From positions 22,692,001 to 22,756,000 of the forward strand of contig OZ320320.1 of assembly GCA_976226885.1 (NCBI GenBank): 64,000 nt of DNA, given 5' to 3'. The notes under the pieces are model-generated. The model was not told the DNA's origin. It made no database searches and saw only the letters and a program-made list of their open reading frames with translations. Below, one piece after another: positions 38,534-53,500 of this stretch (positions within the stretch are counted from its first letter, which is position 1; each line of letters starts with the position of its first letter). A program made the translations under genes and the position numbers. This stretch comes from Iphione sp. A-MEVVRFRX5. Its lineage: Eukaryota.

Positions 38534-41476
38534 AAAAGAGAGCATCAGTTATATCAAAACAACCTATTAAATTGTTTTGAATTCGTGTCGACACATTCCG
38601 TTCTATATGACACGTATGTCATTTAATCTGCAAACAGTTTTTTTTGAGTATATATTCGTCATATATTAAGTTAAAAGAATTCCTTGCATATTGGCCTCAG
38701 GGATGGGAAGTCTGATTTCAGTCGGTTTTTTTTGTGTTTGTCGCTCCGTTGAGGCCGGCCTTGCAGAGGATTTAACAACAGCTCAACCCTATCGTTGCAG
38801 AAGTACATGGTGTTTGGGGTGAGTGGAGGAGTTTGGCGCCCTGTTCGTCCACATGCGGCGGGGGTCGTAAACAGATGATCCGCCATTGTAACACACCCCG
38901 CCCGGCAGAGGGCGGTAGGAAGTGTCCAGGTGGGGAGCCAGCTGGCGACGAGGACATCGACATCGAGCTGTTCTCCTGCAACAACAACCCTTGTCCATGT
39001 AAGTAGAGATCGGGAGGTAACAGGGGATAATATGAGGTCAGAAATATCGAGGTCTTCATATTAAATAACCCCTGTCCATTTGAGTATAGATTGGGAAGTA
39101 ACAGAGAATGATATGAGATCAGAAATATTGCTGTCTTTATATTAAATAACCCTTGTGCATGTGAGTAGAATTTGGGAAGTAACAGAGGGTGATATCCGGT
39201 GAGAAATATGAAGTTCGTTGTATTCAGCAATCCTTGTCAATCTGAGGTCTTAATTTTAAACAGCCCTTGTCCAGGTCAATAGCGGTTGGAGAGGTAATGG
39301 AGGGTCGTGTGAGGTCAGAAATATAGAGGTCCTTATCGTGAACAACCCTTATTCGTGTGAGTAGGGATCAAGAAGTAACAGAGAGCAACATGAGGTGAGA
39401 AATACTGAGGTCTTCAATTAAACAACCCTTGTTCACGTGAGTAGCGGTTGCAGGGTAAATCTGGGCAATATGAGTTCTTCATATTAAACAAACCCTGTCC
39501 ATTCGATTAGGGGTTAATGAGGAAATGGAGAGTAATATGAGGTCAGAAATATCTAAGGTTTAACATCAGACAAACCTTGCCTACATGAGAAGGGCTCAGA
39601 GAGGTAATGTAGTTGAGATCAGAGATACACAACTTTTAACATCACACAAACCTTGTCTGTGTAAGTAGGATGGGTAATTGAGAAACGGGAGGAACATTAA
39701 ATCAGAAGAAATAGTCTTCACATGCTGCAAACCCTGTCCATCTGCTTAGAACGGGAACCTAATATGACGTCTTCCTCGATAAAAGCCTTGCCTTGTGAGC
39801 ATGAATGCAACTGTCCGACTGTTCTACCCATTATGAACCTACTTCTGAACTTTTTCATAAAATATAGCGAGTCTTTGATATATTTGACCACCGGAGCGTT
39901 TGCTACTGGATTCAGTCTGCTTCATTGCAGCTGCTTTCAAAAATACAATCAGTAGTGACAAGAGTAGATCGACCATAATCCTTTTTAAAAATAGATAAGA
40001 ATGGACTTTTGAAAAAAAAACTTCAAAAGTGGCTCGTATTATGCGGTGCTTAATATACTACTCAAGACAACAGTCCTTGTGACCATCTTAAAAGGGGATA
40101 ATAATAAAATTCAACGAGTTATTGAAACAGGAACTGAAAAGGATAGAATGGGAGAGGTAAATGGGAAAGGGAGCGAGGCAGACAGAGATAAGGAGAAACA
40201 CGGGCAAGAGAGGGAGCAGGAAAGAGAAAGACAATGAATGATCAACTGATCTAATCCTGTTTTGTTTTTTGACATCCATGACAGTGCACGGCAAGTGGTC
40301 TGAGTGGACCACGTGGTCTGAGTGCAGCGTCTCTTGCGGTACGGGTACCCGTTTACGCAGCCGTGCCTGTGACAACCCCGTAGCAGCCTTCGGGGGTGTG
40401 GAGTGTGAGGGAGAGAAGGTGGAGGAGGAGGATTGCGACTTGGAAACCTGCCACAGTGAGTTACCAGTAGCGAGACATAGTTTAAAATGTAGTGTCCCCT
40501 CGGACTGCAACAGCCTGTCTAATCAGACCACCTCTTCATATAAGAACATTTTTAAGGAACAAAATTACATTCTTCTACATAAATAGCCTCTCTAATAAGA
40601 CCGCTCCCTCAAGATTGTGACCATTTCAGGCCAGCACCAACGGTGATCCCATTAGCGACATTGTATAGTAGAATGAAAGAGAGTATCATTTGCCTTCCCA
40701 TCTGGTGTTCAGATTTTTATTCCACAACACGTTTTACTTAATATAAGATCTTTCCGAAAGTGTGGCACGCACTGGACGGATAATGATGATAATATCAAAT
40801 GATGATGATTTGACTTTCATAATTAACTAGTAAACAAATATGGGCATGTGGGATGAGCAGGTAACATAAATACATGCGTATGATAATTATAAGTAATACA
40901 AGGTACCTATGATATATGATAACACTGAGTATGATTTTCGTATCTAACCTTAAATGTAGTTATTTTACAAAGTTCAATAGAAATATGATCCATATCAGTC
41001 CATGTGTATAATTCTTGTTACCATTCTACGAGTAGACTAACCACATAAACACACAGGCTGAGAGGCATGGACTGGGTTATAATGTGATATTTGAATGTAC
41101 ACACTGTTTGCAAGTTCCTTTGTCAAAATGTCATATTCCACTAACTTCAGACAGTTTTTCAGACATTCTTATCGAATGTGCTGTATAATCGACAGACGTT
41201 TTAACAGTTCTGTTGAGCTTAGTCTGAAATAGACCAAAATTCACCGACATCATGACTTGTATCTCTTAATTTGCTCTCCCTCTGTACCTTCCTCTCTTAC
41301 TTTCTTGCTCTCTGTCTCCGCCTCTCTCTGTCTCTGTCCTTTCTTGCGTGCCCTTCTCACTCTCTCTCCGTGTCAACGTTCCTCCCTTCCCCTTTCTGCC
41401 ACTCTTTTCCCTCTCGTTATCCCCGCTCTCCCTGTCCCCTCCCTGCCCCCCTCTCTCTCTGTCTCTCCATCTCCCT

Positions 41477-41529
<53 letters not shown>

Positions 41530-44500
41530 CCACACACACACACACACCGACTATCTGATCTCTCTGTTGTCACCCTTCCCGCCCGGGTTTCCCCAGTTAT
41601 CCACGCTTATCCACCGTTCGTGTGTTTCAAGTTAACGGTACCTGGGGTCAGTGGCAGTCTTGGACGCAGTGCACGGTCTCGTGTGGCGGTGGAACACACG
41701 AGAGAAAGCGAGACTGTGACAACCCGCCGCCCAGCGGCAATGGCACGGATTGCGAAGGTCCTGAACAGCAGAGTTCCGGCTGCAACGGTCACGTGTGTCC
41801 GCGTGAGTGTACCGCGCATTTCTATTGGTTCTTATTACGTATGGCAGTCCAGTACCACAGTGTGTCTCCATTTTAAGACACGTTCTTGTCTGCTTATTCC
41901 TCGGTATGAATCTTCCATTTATAATCTACTCTCTTTACTTGGTCTCTAAAGTACCACATCAAATCATACCTGTCTTTTCTACCATTAAATGAATGTGATT
42001 TTTAATTAAAGTTCAACTCATTTCGAGTGACTTATTATGTGATTGTTGTGATAATTCATGTGCCTATTATTAATTATGTGGTAGCAACAATTTTTGATTT
42101 ATCATATGATAGCAATGGTGTTAAATTCATGTTGCGTTTTTACTGGTGATCATATGATGGTATTTGCAATAGTACTTGTACTTTTTCTTGTTACAAAGGA
42201 TTGACTATGTGACATATTCAAAGTTGACATGCCGCCTTTGCCTCTCCCTGCCCCACCTCTCGATCTCCACCCGCAGCCATCGACGGAGGGTGGAGTGCAT
42301 GGAGTGAATGGACGCCCTGTTCAGCGACCTGTGGTGAATATGGCGTCAGGACCAGGATGCGTCAGTGTACGAACCCGTGGCCAGAACGAGGCGGCAAGAC
42401 CTGCCCCGGAAGTGATTACGTGCGTGCGCGGGCCTGCAACAGGTACCCCTGCACTGACAGTAAGTAACTGGAGGAGCCCATCAGGACCCGGGAGGTCATG
42501 TGATTGACGGCCATTTTATCTCTTCCAGGCCCGTAATTGGACTTCTCTGGGGGGAAGGGGTAGGGGCTCGTTTTCAAGAGAGTTGGAAGTGAACACAATT
42601 TTTTAAACTAAGAATTAAACGATATAAAAACGCAAATTCATGTGACTTGTCTATACAGCACATCTAGTACGTGTGTGTTTGTATTTGAGTGTGTGTATGG
42701 GGGTGTGTGTTCTGAACTCCTCTACTTACTGGCCTTACTGGTAAATGGGAATTGATAGTATTAAAAAAAATCATTTTGATGTCCATGAAATGCTTCGAGG
42801 TTGATCCCTGGTTGTAGGGAGGTAGCCACTGTATATGAGATGTCTATCAGGTTTATACCAAAAGAATACCACTTGCAATCTAGTGTCAGAAGTCTACTTG
42901 AATTAGAATATGAAGGGTGTCACTTCTTTTAAACCTAAGTAACTGTGTTTAGTGGCCGATCTTTTCCCCCTAAATGGTTTTTCAGAGTGATTAAATGTTA
43001 AAATCTTTTGTTTGTATCATCTGTTTTTACATTATATATTTGTATATTACTGTACTTCTTGGCTCCTTCATGCTTTCAGTCAACATATCCCGGGACGGTA
43101 AGTGGGGGCTCTGGACCGCATGGACCATCTGTCCAGTCACGTGTGGTGGTGCCAAGGTTCGCCGCAAGAGGGTGTGCGATTCGCCGCGGCCGCTAGGGAA
43201 CGGGTCCGCGTGCGGGCTAAACTTCCCCCTGGCGGCGAAGTATCCTATAGAAGAGTCGGAAGGACGTCTGTGCGGAACAGCTCAGTGCCCTGGTAATGTA
43301 CAGAGTCAGCTCTCATCTAAAGTCCAAGTCACAGGGGAGACCAGACGGGGGAGGCATAACCAAAACCTATTATTTCTTCGCTCAACTGTGCCCAACATCA
43401 ATGCTGTGCAATTCTTGAATTGTGCAGGTAAAATGGAACAGAAGTGTTTAGCAGTAGATTACAAAGGCAGAGAGAGAGAGAGAGTGGATAGGTATATGCA
43501 TAACACGTTTGTTAATTTGCTTTTGATTTAACTGACCGTGGGTTAATTTGTTAAAGTGAAGTCCAATCTGTGAGCAATTTTAGTTTTGATGTGCAAAGTT
43601 GTTTTTAGGAATAATAAATATACGTGCTTGGTACTTTTAAAATCTTGTTTCTGTTGAGGCCTAGTCTCCTTTGTTATCTTGTCTTGAGGTGAAATAGACT
43701 GTAGATGTACGGCCATGTCTCTCCATCCAGATCCACTTTATTCCTTTTTTTTGTGGTAGGGGTATGCCACTGGCTGGAGCATAATTCCAATTTGTTTAGT
43801 ATTTGTCAGTCTACGGAATAAGTGAATTTCCATAATAGGTTCTGACTCATCTTCTGGTTTTGATTTTCCAAGTATCGTATGCAATTTTTGCACTAACAAA
43901 ACTCATTATGTAACCCTGTGGCTAAGTTTAGAGCCAGACTTTGTATAAAAGGGTCACGTATTCCTGTAGAAAGCAGTTACTCACTCACTGCACTTTTAGA
44001 GGGTCACTTCCAGCCGAAGTCCTTTGAGGTGAATCAAATATTCAGGGTGGACTTTGCTCATTCCCTTTGGGCTACAGACAACCTCATCCCAAACGAGCAC
44101 ACATTATAGTATTCTATCTAGATAAGAAATACATATGATATAACATAAAACTACAAAGATATGTTCCCATAAAGGAAATCAAGATCCATGACTCCTTTAT
44201 AATGAGACCAAACTGAGACCAATATTTCAAAGGAAAACAACATGTTTTTCTAGAAGTCGCCTAAGGAGACCATACCACTGGAGAGAACGGAAATGTCCAG
44301 TCTTAACTTGGGTGTTTCTGTACATATGGCTATCTATAAGTACGTGTGAATATGTATGTCTGTGTGTAAGGAGCGGGAGAATGTATCTGGGGATACTGAC
44401 CTTTTGCTCTAGCAACCACAGTGACGAGTATTTGGATTGTTCATTGTTACAGTGGACGGAGACTGGAGTTCATGGACATCCTGGGGCACCTGTAGTAAAG

Positions 44501-47500
44501 CATGTGGTGGAGGGAAAAGGACTAGAAGTAGGAGCTGCGACCAGCCCCCAGCAGCCTATGGGGGCACCCCCTGTTTAGGGGGTACACCCTACTCTACTGT
44601 GGTGGTAGGTAGTTTGCTTGTCATCAGTAGGTTTCTGGTAAGATTATGGTTTACACAAGAACTTACGTGTTCAAACATATCCAAATGGGAAGGAGAGCTA
44701 AAACATCAGGGTAACAGTTCAGCATCTTGAGTTTTTTTTTATTTGGCAACAATCCTGCCAACATTCAAGTCACAAGCTGCCAGGGCGGTCAGACGCCTTT
44801 ACCAGGCAAGGGTGTATTGACAACGAAATAGTGTGAGTCTATATATACTAACAGTTGCTAAGCAAAAGTTTATAATGGAGTTCCATCAAAACTATACGAC
44901 CATACAAATGAGCATTCAGGGCTAAGTACACAAATAATGTCTGATTCGTTGCTTGATGGTGAAAAATTGTTTGCTAAGTCTGAATTTCAAATGGATAGTG
45001 TTCCCTGTATAACTAGAAGCAGTCTCTGTAGTTTAGAATAAATGTCACAAGTAATGAAATAAATAACAAATGATAATATATCCAGATATGATAATATAAG
45101 GTTGCATTTCTCTGTAAGTGAAGTTTGGCGTAAGACAACGCAAACCTTCCCATGTGAATACACAGTAGCTTCCCCATGTGGGCAACTTACCCAGGAGGGT
45201 ATAACCAAGAATTAAGAGCAATTCTGCTGGTCCCAGGATTACACAGCTTGTAAGAGAGACATCTTTCTGATAAGGGCAACTCGCTATTAAGAGCAGAATA
45301 GGCTTGTCCCCTTCAGTGGTCGCACTGGGTGTTTTTTTCTGTGTAGATCATACTTACACGATTTATCATGGGTTGTCCTGACAATTTCTTCTATTGCACA
45401 GACAGGTTTCAATTTATAGGAAAAAATAATCATATTCATGCAGTAGAAGCGGACCGATGAAACAGGACTGCTACATCTTGGCAGAAATATGGGTTATGCA
45501 GATTGCTAAGGGGTTGGAAACACTATTACCACCAATAATATTTTACTGTTGTGATATTATAAAAGAAAAACGCATCCACCAATCAAAATGGGGTTATTTT
45601 CTAAAGCAGTTGGGAAAAAACTGTAAACGTTACGCTGCAATGGTGTTTTCATCTAGAGTAGAAAGTGACCTTAGGGACATGTCTCCAATAAAGGGACATG
45701 TCTCCAATAAGAATACATCTCTAATAGGGACACTTTTATGGAGGACAGATTGTCTATTCTATAATATAAAAAGAAGTATCTGAAAGGGGAAACGCTTAAT
45801 ATTTTTCTGCTAGACTTAGGAAGCATGTTGGAAAAGTCCGGACATGTTTACTACATTCTATAAAGGATAATCAGAAATTTTGGCCTCTTCCTTCTATTCA
45901 TTTGATCATACATTATAGGAAAGAAATAGGGAAGTAACTCAGGGATGCATTTTTATGCATTAAAGAATAATTTCTGATATCAACTTTCATTCCATGTACA
46001 CATTGATCTTGAAAAGCTCATGTATTGAGAAGGTTAATAAAGCTTTGAACTTTGAACTTTGACCATATTCTGTTCCCAGTGATGGAGGAATCGGTAAAGG
46101 TACCAGAGAGTGACTGCATGACCTTTCTTTCAAATCATATGACAGGAGTGCCTGGCTGTACATATAATTAGTAATCCTTTCACTGTAGCTCCAGAAGAGG
46201 GTCTGTAACACTGTCAAGTGCCCGGACTCAGGACTAATCGACCCCATGGATTATGCGGATAACTTCAACTTCTCAGGTGAGTAGATTGTATCACAGCTAA
46301 TCCTGTGCAGGCATACCTTAAAGCTGACAATGCAGATGAGGCCAAGTAATTTTGCATATGCCTGTGTAATGCATATCTCTGTGAAATGCAGTGAAAGATA
46401 TCTTGTATCACCATGGTCATGTAGTATGCAATGTTCCCTGTTCATCATGTACCTCCAAGGTAATTTCTAAGTTACTAAAAATGTAACCCCAAATCATCAC
46501 TTGGTCTCTCAATATGCTGTTTATTGCTATTTCTAAATTATTTCAAACCTATGCATGAGTGAGGAGGAAATACGATTAAGTCATCGTTATTAAGTAGGAA
46601 ACTGGATATGAGATATTTATTTGTGAGAGTAGAATTGCATGTAAGAAGTTATTAATGAGTGAGAATTTTATATTATATCTATGTTATTTCTGTATCAAAC
46701 AATCACAATATACTATACAAAGTATAAAAGGTAATACATGTGTATGACATAATTTTACACGGCAAAGGTCATCCGTAAAGACGGAATCATCATACCAAAG
46801 TTTCATAGTAAAGGTCGTTTGAAACACTGCTTTCCTAGTTTTTTTTATCTGATGGCCTGTTTCAGAGATGACCATATGTATATATGTGTCTGTAAGCTAA
46901 GGGGACATGACTTAGCACACAAAGAAGAGGTTGATGCAAGATGTGCTTTTTGAAATTCCAGCCTACTTAAAATAAGCTGTAGGTTTCTGAATTTATATGA
47001 CCAATTCTTAAAGGTCAGCTATTTTTTCGAGTATATGTTTCATATTTTGCAATTTGCAAGTGTTCAAAAAGGGTCGGCGATGGAATCACTATTTGGGATC
47101 AATACACCTTGCCAAATTACTAGGACCATTAGGCCATTTGGTGGTGTTTGTTGATTAAACTCGTTGCACTCGGGAGAAGTGCATAGTAAACTTTGTAAAG
47201 ACTTATACATAGAAAATCGTGCCTTTAATTAGAAAACCCATGGAAAACATGTTATCACCACAGTCAACCAGTTATCTAGATGATGCCGACGCCTTGTGGT
47301 CCAAACCAGTACTGATCGCACAGAGTGCCCCCTGGTGGACAAAGGGAGAAGCAGTTCCCAGACAGACACTGTAACCTGTGACCCTCCTTACTGAGTACGA
47401 GATAGCAGCTGCAACACCCATTCTACCGACTTCACAATGTAAATAACAAGCAGAGAAGCCGTCGTAGGAGGTCATGACGGTGTTCTCTTGATCCATACAC

Positions 47501-50500
47501 ATACCTGGCCACACCCGGAGATGGCTATGGCGGGTGTTGTACCCCGCACACCTCCCGGGCAGGAAGTTAAAACGCATTTGTCAACCGGTACCGCCCATGT
47601 CGGTCTGGCTTTAGGCATGCTCCCCTTCGACATGTCGGGAGGTTGAGATACTACGATCCACAGCAATGGCTGCAAGAATAAACGCGCTCCTGTCAGAGAG
47701 TCGCCAAGTCTCCTACAGTGAAGAGCAAATGCTTCCGAGGGTCTCTCCAATCAAGAACTGAAGTATCAGAGAACGAGTCGAAGTGGAATATATTTATTAT
47801 ATTTATCATTTATTATGTAGGGGCACTATATATATATGTCACAGTGTATTTGTATATTATTTTAATTCTTATCTCTGGCCTCTCTGTAAAATCTCAACTC
47901 TGATTAATCAGTTGAATTTCACTTATAGACTGCATTCTTGTGATCTTGTTTCAAGAAGAGGAATATGATGTTATGAAATCATAAATATTGTGTAACATAT
48001 TGATGAATTAATCTTACTTAAACCTGGGCTAATTAGCATCGCTTCGGTGTATCATTACAAACTGGTAATTAATGACTTATAGCCAAGAAATTAGATTCAA
48101 GGAGATAAGGACAAATAAGATCAAAATAAATTCATAGAAGTGAATATAAAACAGCAATCCTGCTTTCCGACAATACGTACGAATCATGAATCCCTTCACT
48201 TTCTTCCAGCTCCCTTCTGTAATCTGGAGGATGCACACGATGGCCACATATGGCCGAATACGAATGTGGGTCGAACGGTCATCCGGCCTTGTCCACTGCC
48301 CACCATTGGTGAGTCTGGAGGTACACACACACATACACACATTTACACACATGCACTTACAAACACATACATGCACACATATGCATACATAGATTCACCC
48401 ACATACATGATTGCATGATTATACATGGACACACATTCACACACTTACCAACACATATTCATACAGGCACACATCTGGATAAACACACATACATACACAC
48501 ACCAAGAAAGACATAACCCCTACCAGGTCTGTAACTATGTCGCTGAATGGCGGGATTTCTTCAGATCTGTACTCACTATAGTGATGCATTTTCCTTCTCC
48601 TTCCCTCTCGCTGCAGTGTTAGATTTGTGCTTCATCTACTAGAATTAATGGCCAATTCTTCATTGCGTCACCCACCACCTGAGGTGTCAGATAAGGCGTC
48701 CACCTTGGAAAGTGCATTCTTCGTTGTCATATCAGACACTACCAAGCTGAGGGCATCCTCCTGGTGTCATACTGTCTGAGCCATAGTGTGTTCTTCATTA
48801 GCAAAAAGATAAGAATGATTTGTACCAGCCAAGCCAGGTATATAGGTGGCTTAAGTGAAGAGAGGAATCATTTACCTCTGGAAAGTGAGACATAATGGAC
48901 GATTATGGCTTATTTGATGAGCTTGAAGAACATGGTAGAGGGAGAGAGAGGAGACGAGGTGGTGTAATGGAGATTCCAAGACATTCTTCTTCTGACCCAA
49001 GCAGAATGAATTCAAGCCTTTATTACCATAGTCGCGGGTCACACACATGCTTCACACCTCCCTAGGTGACGAAAAACCACCATCTGACACAATGAATTAC
49101 AAAAGAATTAAATATACCATGATTCATGCTTTAATATTTTCCCAATTGTCCCGTACTGCTAATAAAATTAAAATTAATTACCTCAGAATAGTCACTTCAT
49201 ATGTGTGTAACATATAATACTGATTCACTGATTAAAAATTTTCAAAGATGTTCAAATAAATGAAATAACCATGTAAACACACAGTATGAATAGTATATTT
49301 ACCCCTTACCTCAACCTTACCTCAACCTTATCTCTCCCACCACCTCAAAGATAAGGTTTGCAACGAGGAATGCACACCAAGGTGACCGCCTGGGCTAATC
49401 TCAACCATCCAAAGATAAGGTCGTGATAATGAAGAATCGGCCATAAGTCTGGAAGGGAGCAGCAATCACGTGTCAATTGCAATTCTGATCTCAGTCAAAT
49501 TCTCACCTACGATGCACCCGTTCATTTCCAGTGTAGTCTCAGTGATTTTGCATCATCTGTCGTGAGGCAGCTAGCTTTATAGGCATTGCATAACAGGTGT
49601 GACTGACTGATGTCATTGAGCACCTGTCTGATAAGCCCAAGCCAGTACGTAGGCCTGGTTTCTTTAAATGTGGGAAATGTGGGAGTGTCCAGGTGCATTT
49701 TCCATCCAGAAACTTGCAGATTTCTTTCCTGCAGAATCACACACAGGGGTGTCTTTTGAGAATAATTGTGGAGCAGTGCAGAGCAGTGTGGGAAACATGA
49801 AAATCAGCAAATTTGATAGAATAAAGAGCTAAAAATCATGAATTTGAGGCAAAAAAGTATGAAAATTGTAATTCAATGGGATAAAGTGAAGAAAAAAAAC
49901 CGAAGTTTAGAAATGTGAAGGATTATGATAAATTTAACAGCAAAACATCAAATTTGATTTGAAAAAGAGCTGGTGCTCATGCACGAAATCATCAGGCATG
50001 TACCAATAATAAACACACGCCACCTCCTGCATATAAAGTTCCACAGCCTCCTGCAGCCTTTCACACGGGCAAGCATTAGACACCTCCAATGGTTTATCCT
50101 TTGCTCTAAAAATTTAGACATCAATTCATCCCAATACACCTGCACCCTTCCACATGTATGTAAACCAGACTTTATCCTTCATTATTGTCATAATTTGTTG
50201 GATTGCTGGCCATCGCCCTGCTCTGCTTGATGCTACTTGGCTGTATTTCTGGTATCTGTATTGCTTTGACTGTAGTTTTGAGCTGACCATATTTCTAATG
50301 CATTCTAGACTACCCAGGAAAATTGTTCTGACCAAATTCAACCAGAACTGCCTATTGACTGCCTACCTGACCTGACCACATCCTGAGATTCTACCGCACC
50401 ATTCTACCTGGTGATATTCAAAGAATCAGGCACCATTGTACACTTTAAACCACTGTTCAGATTAGATTCTCCGACATTCATTCCATACTTTTGGTTGGTT

Positions 50501-53500
50501 GGTTAAAGAGATGTATGTTTCTATTCATGCTCCACTATTAGTGGGTCAAACACACATATAGTCAAACTCTTTTTTCTGACCACCACTTTGTTTGCCAGCT
50601 GAAGTGGTCACATCGATTACTTTGGTCAGAAATCGATAATTGCAAGCAAGACCATTTGGGTCCAATCAGAAATTGATCTAGTCGCAAATAGGGGTTTGTA
50701 TTGTACATAGATTTCTACCTCTCAGTTGAAGGAATGTGTATCTTTGTGAACTTCTGGCTTATAATTGACACATCGCTGCATGACAGGACAACATGTTTTA
50801 CGGTCACGATGTCTGTCAATCAAAGTGTTGCATAGCTGATGACATTATGCTATTTTGTCACATGACTTGTGTAACCAATCTGTTCAGGCAACATTCGAGC
50901 AACACTGTTGCTTACAGGTGATCGCATTATAATTACGGCTGTCACAGGTCATTATGTGGTTATGTCAATGTATAGACATTATATCCATTGTGAACATGCT
51001 GAGGCATCTATATTTATTTTCAAAGTACAGTGGGACATCCCAATTCTGGACACCCTTGGTTCTGCCTCAAATCGTCTGCATTTTAGACATGGCCGGATTG
51101 TAGATCGGGTACTAGGATATGGAACGGGGGCCAAATCGAACCAGTTAAAGTCCTAAAAGTACTAAATTTTACTATTAAAAGTCCTAAAGTACTGAGTTTG
51201 ACCAGTAGAAGTGCAAAAAGTAGTGAAATTGACTAGTTAAAGTTCTAAAAGTACTGACTTTGACCAGAATTTGGCCAGTAAAAGTCCAAAATGTTCTGAC
51301 TACTGGAGCCCTCTGGAGCCCGAAATTCAAATGACAACACAGTGTCTACAGGGGTTATTCATGTCTACCTTTGAAAATGACTTCTGAGGCCTCTCTGCAG
51401 TCCCAAATTTGTGCAACAACATGTTGTCTATAGGGTTTTTCATGTCTACCTTTGAAAATGACTTCTGAGGCCTCTCTGCAGTCCCAAATTTGTGCAACAG
51501 CATGTTGTCTATAGGGTTTTTCATGTCTACCTTTGAAAATGACTTCTGAGGCCTCTATGCAGTCCCAAATTCATGCAAAAACATATACAGAGGTGTGAAA
51601 CCCTACTCTTTGAGAGGGTCAGGGGGTCTTGGAGGCCCCAAATTCACACAACAAGAGCGTCCATAAGGGGACGCTCTCAAAACGTCCGCAATCAAGATGT
51701 TCCATTATAATGCTTAACTATAGGAAAACAAGTCGGTTCTGCATCAAATCTTCCCCTTTGGAGACACGTCCACATTCCAGACGTGTCTGCAAGGGGACGT
51801 CCCACTCTATATGAGAAAGTGCAGTACACTGATACTATGACTAGAAACCTTTTTTTAGAAATTTGGAACATTGTACATGACCATAGTCAAAGTATGACTG
51901 TTATGTTGTGATTGGTGGGCTTGGCTATGTGACAGTACAGCGATGTGTCAATTATTTCATTCTGCTTTTTGCAAGTTAAACACTCCTCCTACCCTCTCTG
52001 CTTCCTACCATTGGTAAGCCTGCACACAACTGCTTACTTTCAGGTTAAAATATACAGAGGCAACTCTTCAATACGACCACTGGAAAGACCATCCAATTGT
52101 GCCCTTGGTATAGGGTGCCCTTATTATCCTTATTGGGTGGTTTTCCTTATATATTTCATGGTACTTGGACTAAAAAATAGTGCTTTTCATGGAGCAATCA
52201 GCTTATTCTGAATGTATTGAACTCTTTGGGAAGGGTTACCAGCAGGGCGTGTTACTACTGTATTGCTCATTCAAAAATTTACCTACATAAACATAACTTT
52301 TTCTAGTTCCCTCATTTCCTCAATCTGGTTACTATAATTAAATGGTAGGCTCAAGATACAGTATATTCCTTCTAATGGTCAATATTTATATATCAAATCA
52401 GATGATTACAAACACTAATGCTCCCTAGCTTGATCAGTAACATGGTTGCAGTTAAGATGCCTGAGCTGAACAGTATCTAGTCATATCAGCTAGCAGTTGC
52501 TTCTGCTGTGCTTTAGACAATCTATAAAACTGTGTATAGATTTGATGTCAAGATTCTGTTCTCTTTACAAGGAGTTACCGGTCACTGAAGATTAATTACC
52601 TTAAAGACATCAAGGTACCGGAACAGTGTCCACACCTCCCTCCTTTTTCCAAGCTTCTCTTTTATATGATAATCTACTATCAACTAAACACACGTAAATC
52701 TTAAACAAGCTGTGTAATGGAGACTATTAGATTTTCTGGTAAGGGTAATCTAGGCATGATTGTTAATAGTCCTCAGGCGTTGTGGACAATTGTATGCTTC
52801 AAGAAGATTATGCGAGTCTTCACGAATTCTCTATAAGTTTACGGTAGGTTTATCATCAGTGAGATAAATAAATCCCAGATTTTGGTAGTACCATTGCTCC
52901 TTTGCGTTCTCTTAACGTTACAATGTTCGCCTTACACATTTCCACACCAGCTTAAACCAGAATGAATAAAGACTGGTTTCATACTAGTTTCAAAATCTAT
53001 ACTAAAAATATAATATCCGGAAACACACAAAACATTTGATATTGGCATGAATTAGACTTCTTGCCTATTGAATATTTAATATTCCTGCAAGCAATTAATC
53101 TAATACAGTTAATATGAAGATGATATTTCGAATAACAAGGAATATATTTTTATCAATTGTATCTATTTTTTACTGAATGGACCTTTTACGCAAAAAGTTG
53201 CTATTACACATATGTAAGGACAGCATTTTCACTGTATCGTCCTTTGCAGGGATATCCAGGCACCTTCACAACATTTATATCTTAACTGCGATAGGGGACG
53301 AGAGTACGAAGGGTTCAATACATTCAGAATTGATTGATTGCCACCTTGCGTAATGATGTCAAAATGACGCTATACTTAAGACATCTCCTCCCTACTATCC
53401 AGCAAAATGTAAAGATTTGATGTTTTTAGCCAATGCATCATCGATCGGTGATTCGCCCGATTTATTCAACGTGCAGGATATGAGTACAGATTAGTGACAC

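Noticed and set aside
41257-41635. ORFs with SLSLSL/ERERER runs
   Set aside because: Microsatellite translation artefacts (likewise at 25046, 38379, 4497 and 15524).
44770-44805. candidate exon with GC donor (VTSCQGGQTPLP)
   Set aside because: Exon 46189..46276 completes TSP12 with canonical sites and both missing cysteines.
45346-45405. AG/GT-bounded segment reading IILTRFIMGCPDNFFYCTD
   Set aside because: Its phase-2 end does not join the downstream exons and it would disrupt TSP12.
46080-46099. 20-nt AG/GT-bounded micro-exon candidate
   Set aside because: Not needed for frame; would require a different donor at 44608; no independent support.
48640-50300. partly open minus-strand frames suggesting a decayed coding element
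   Set aside because: Multiple stops and no identifiable motif.
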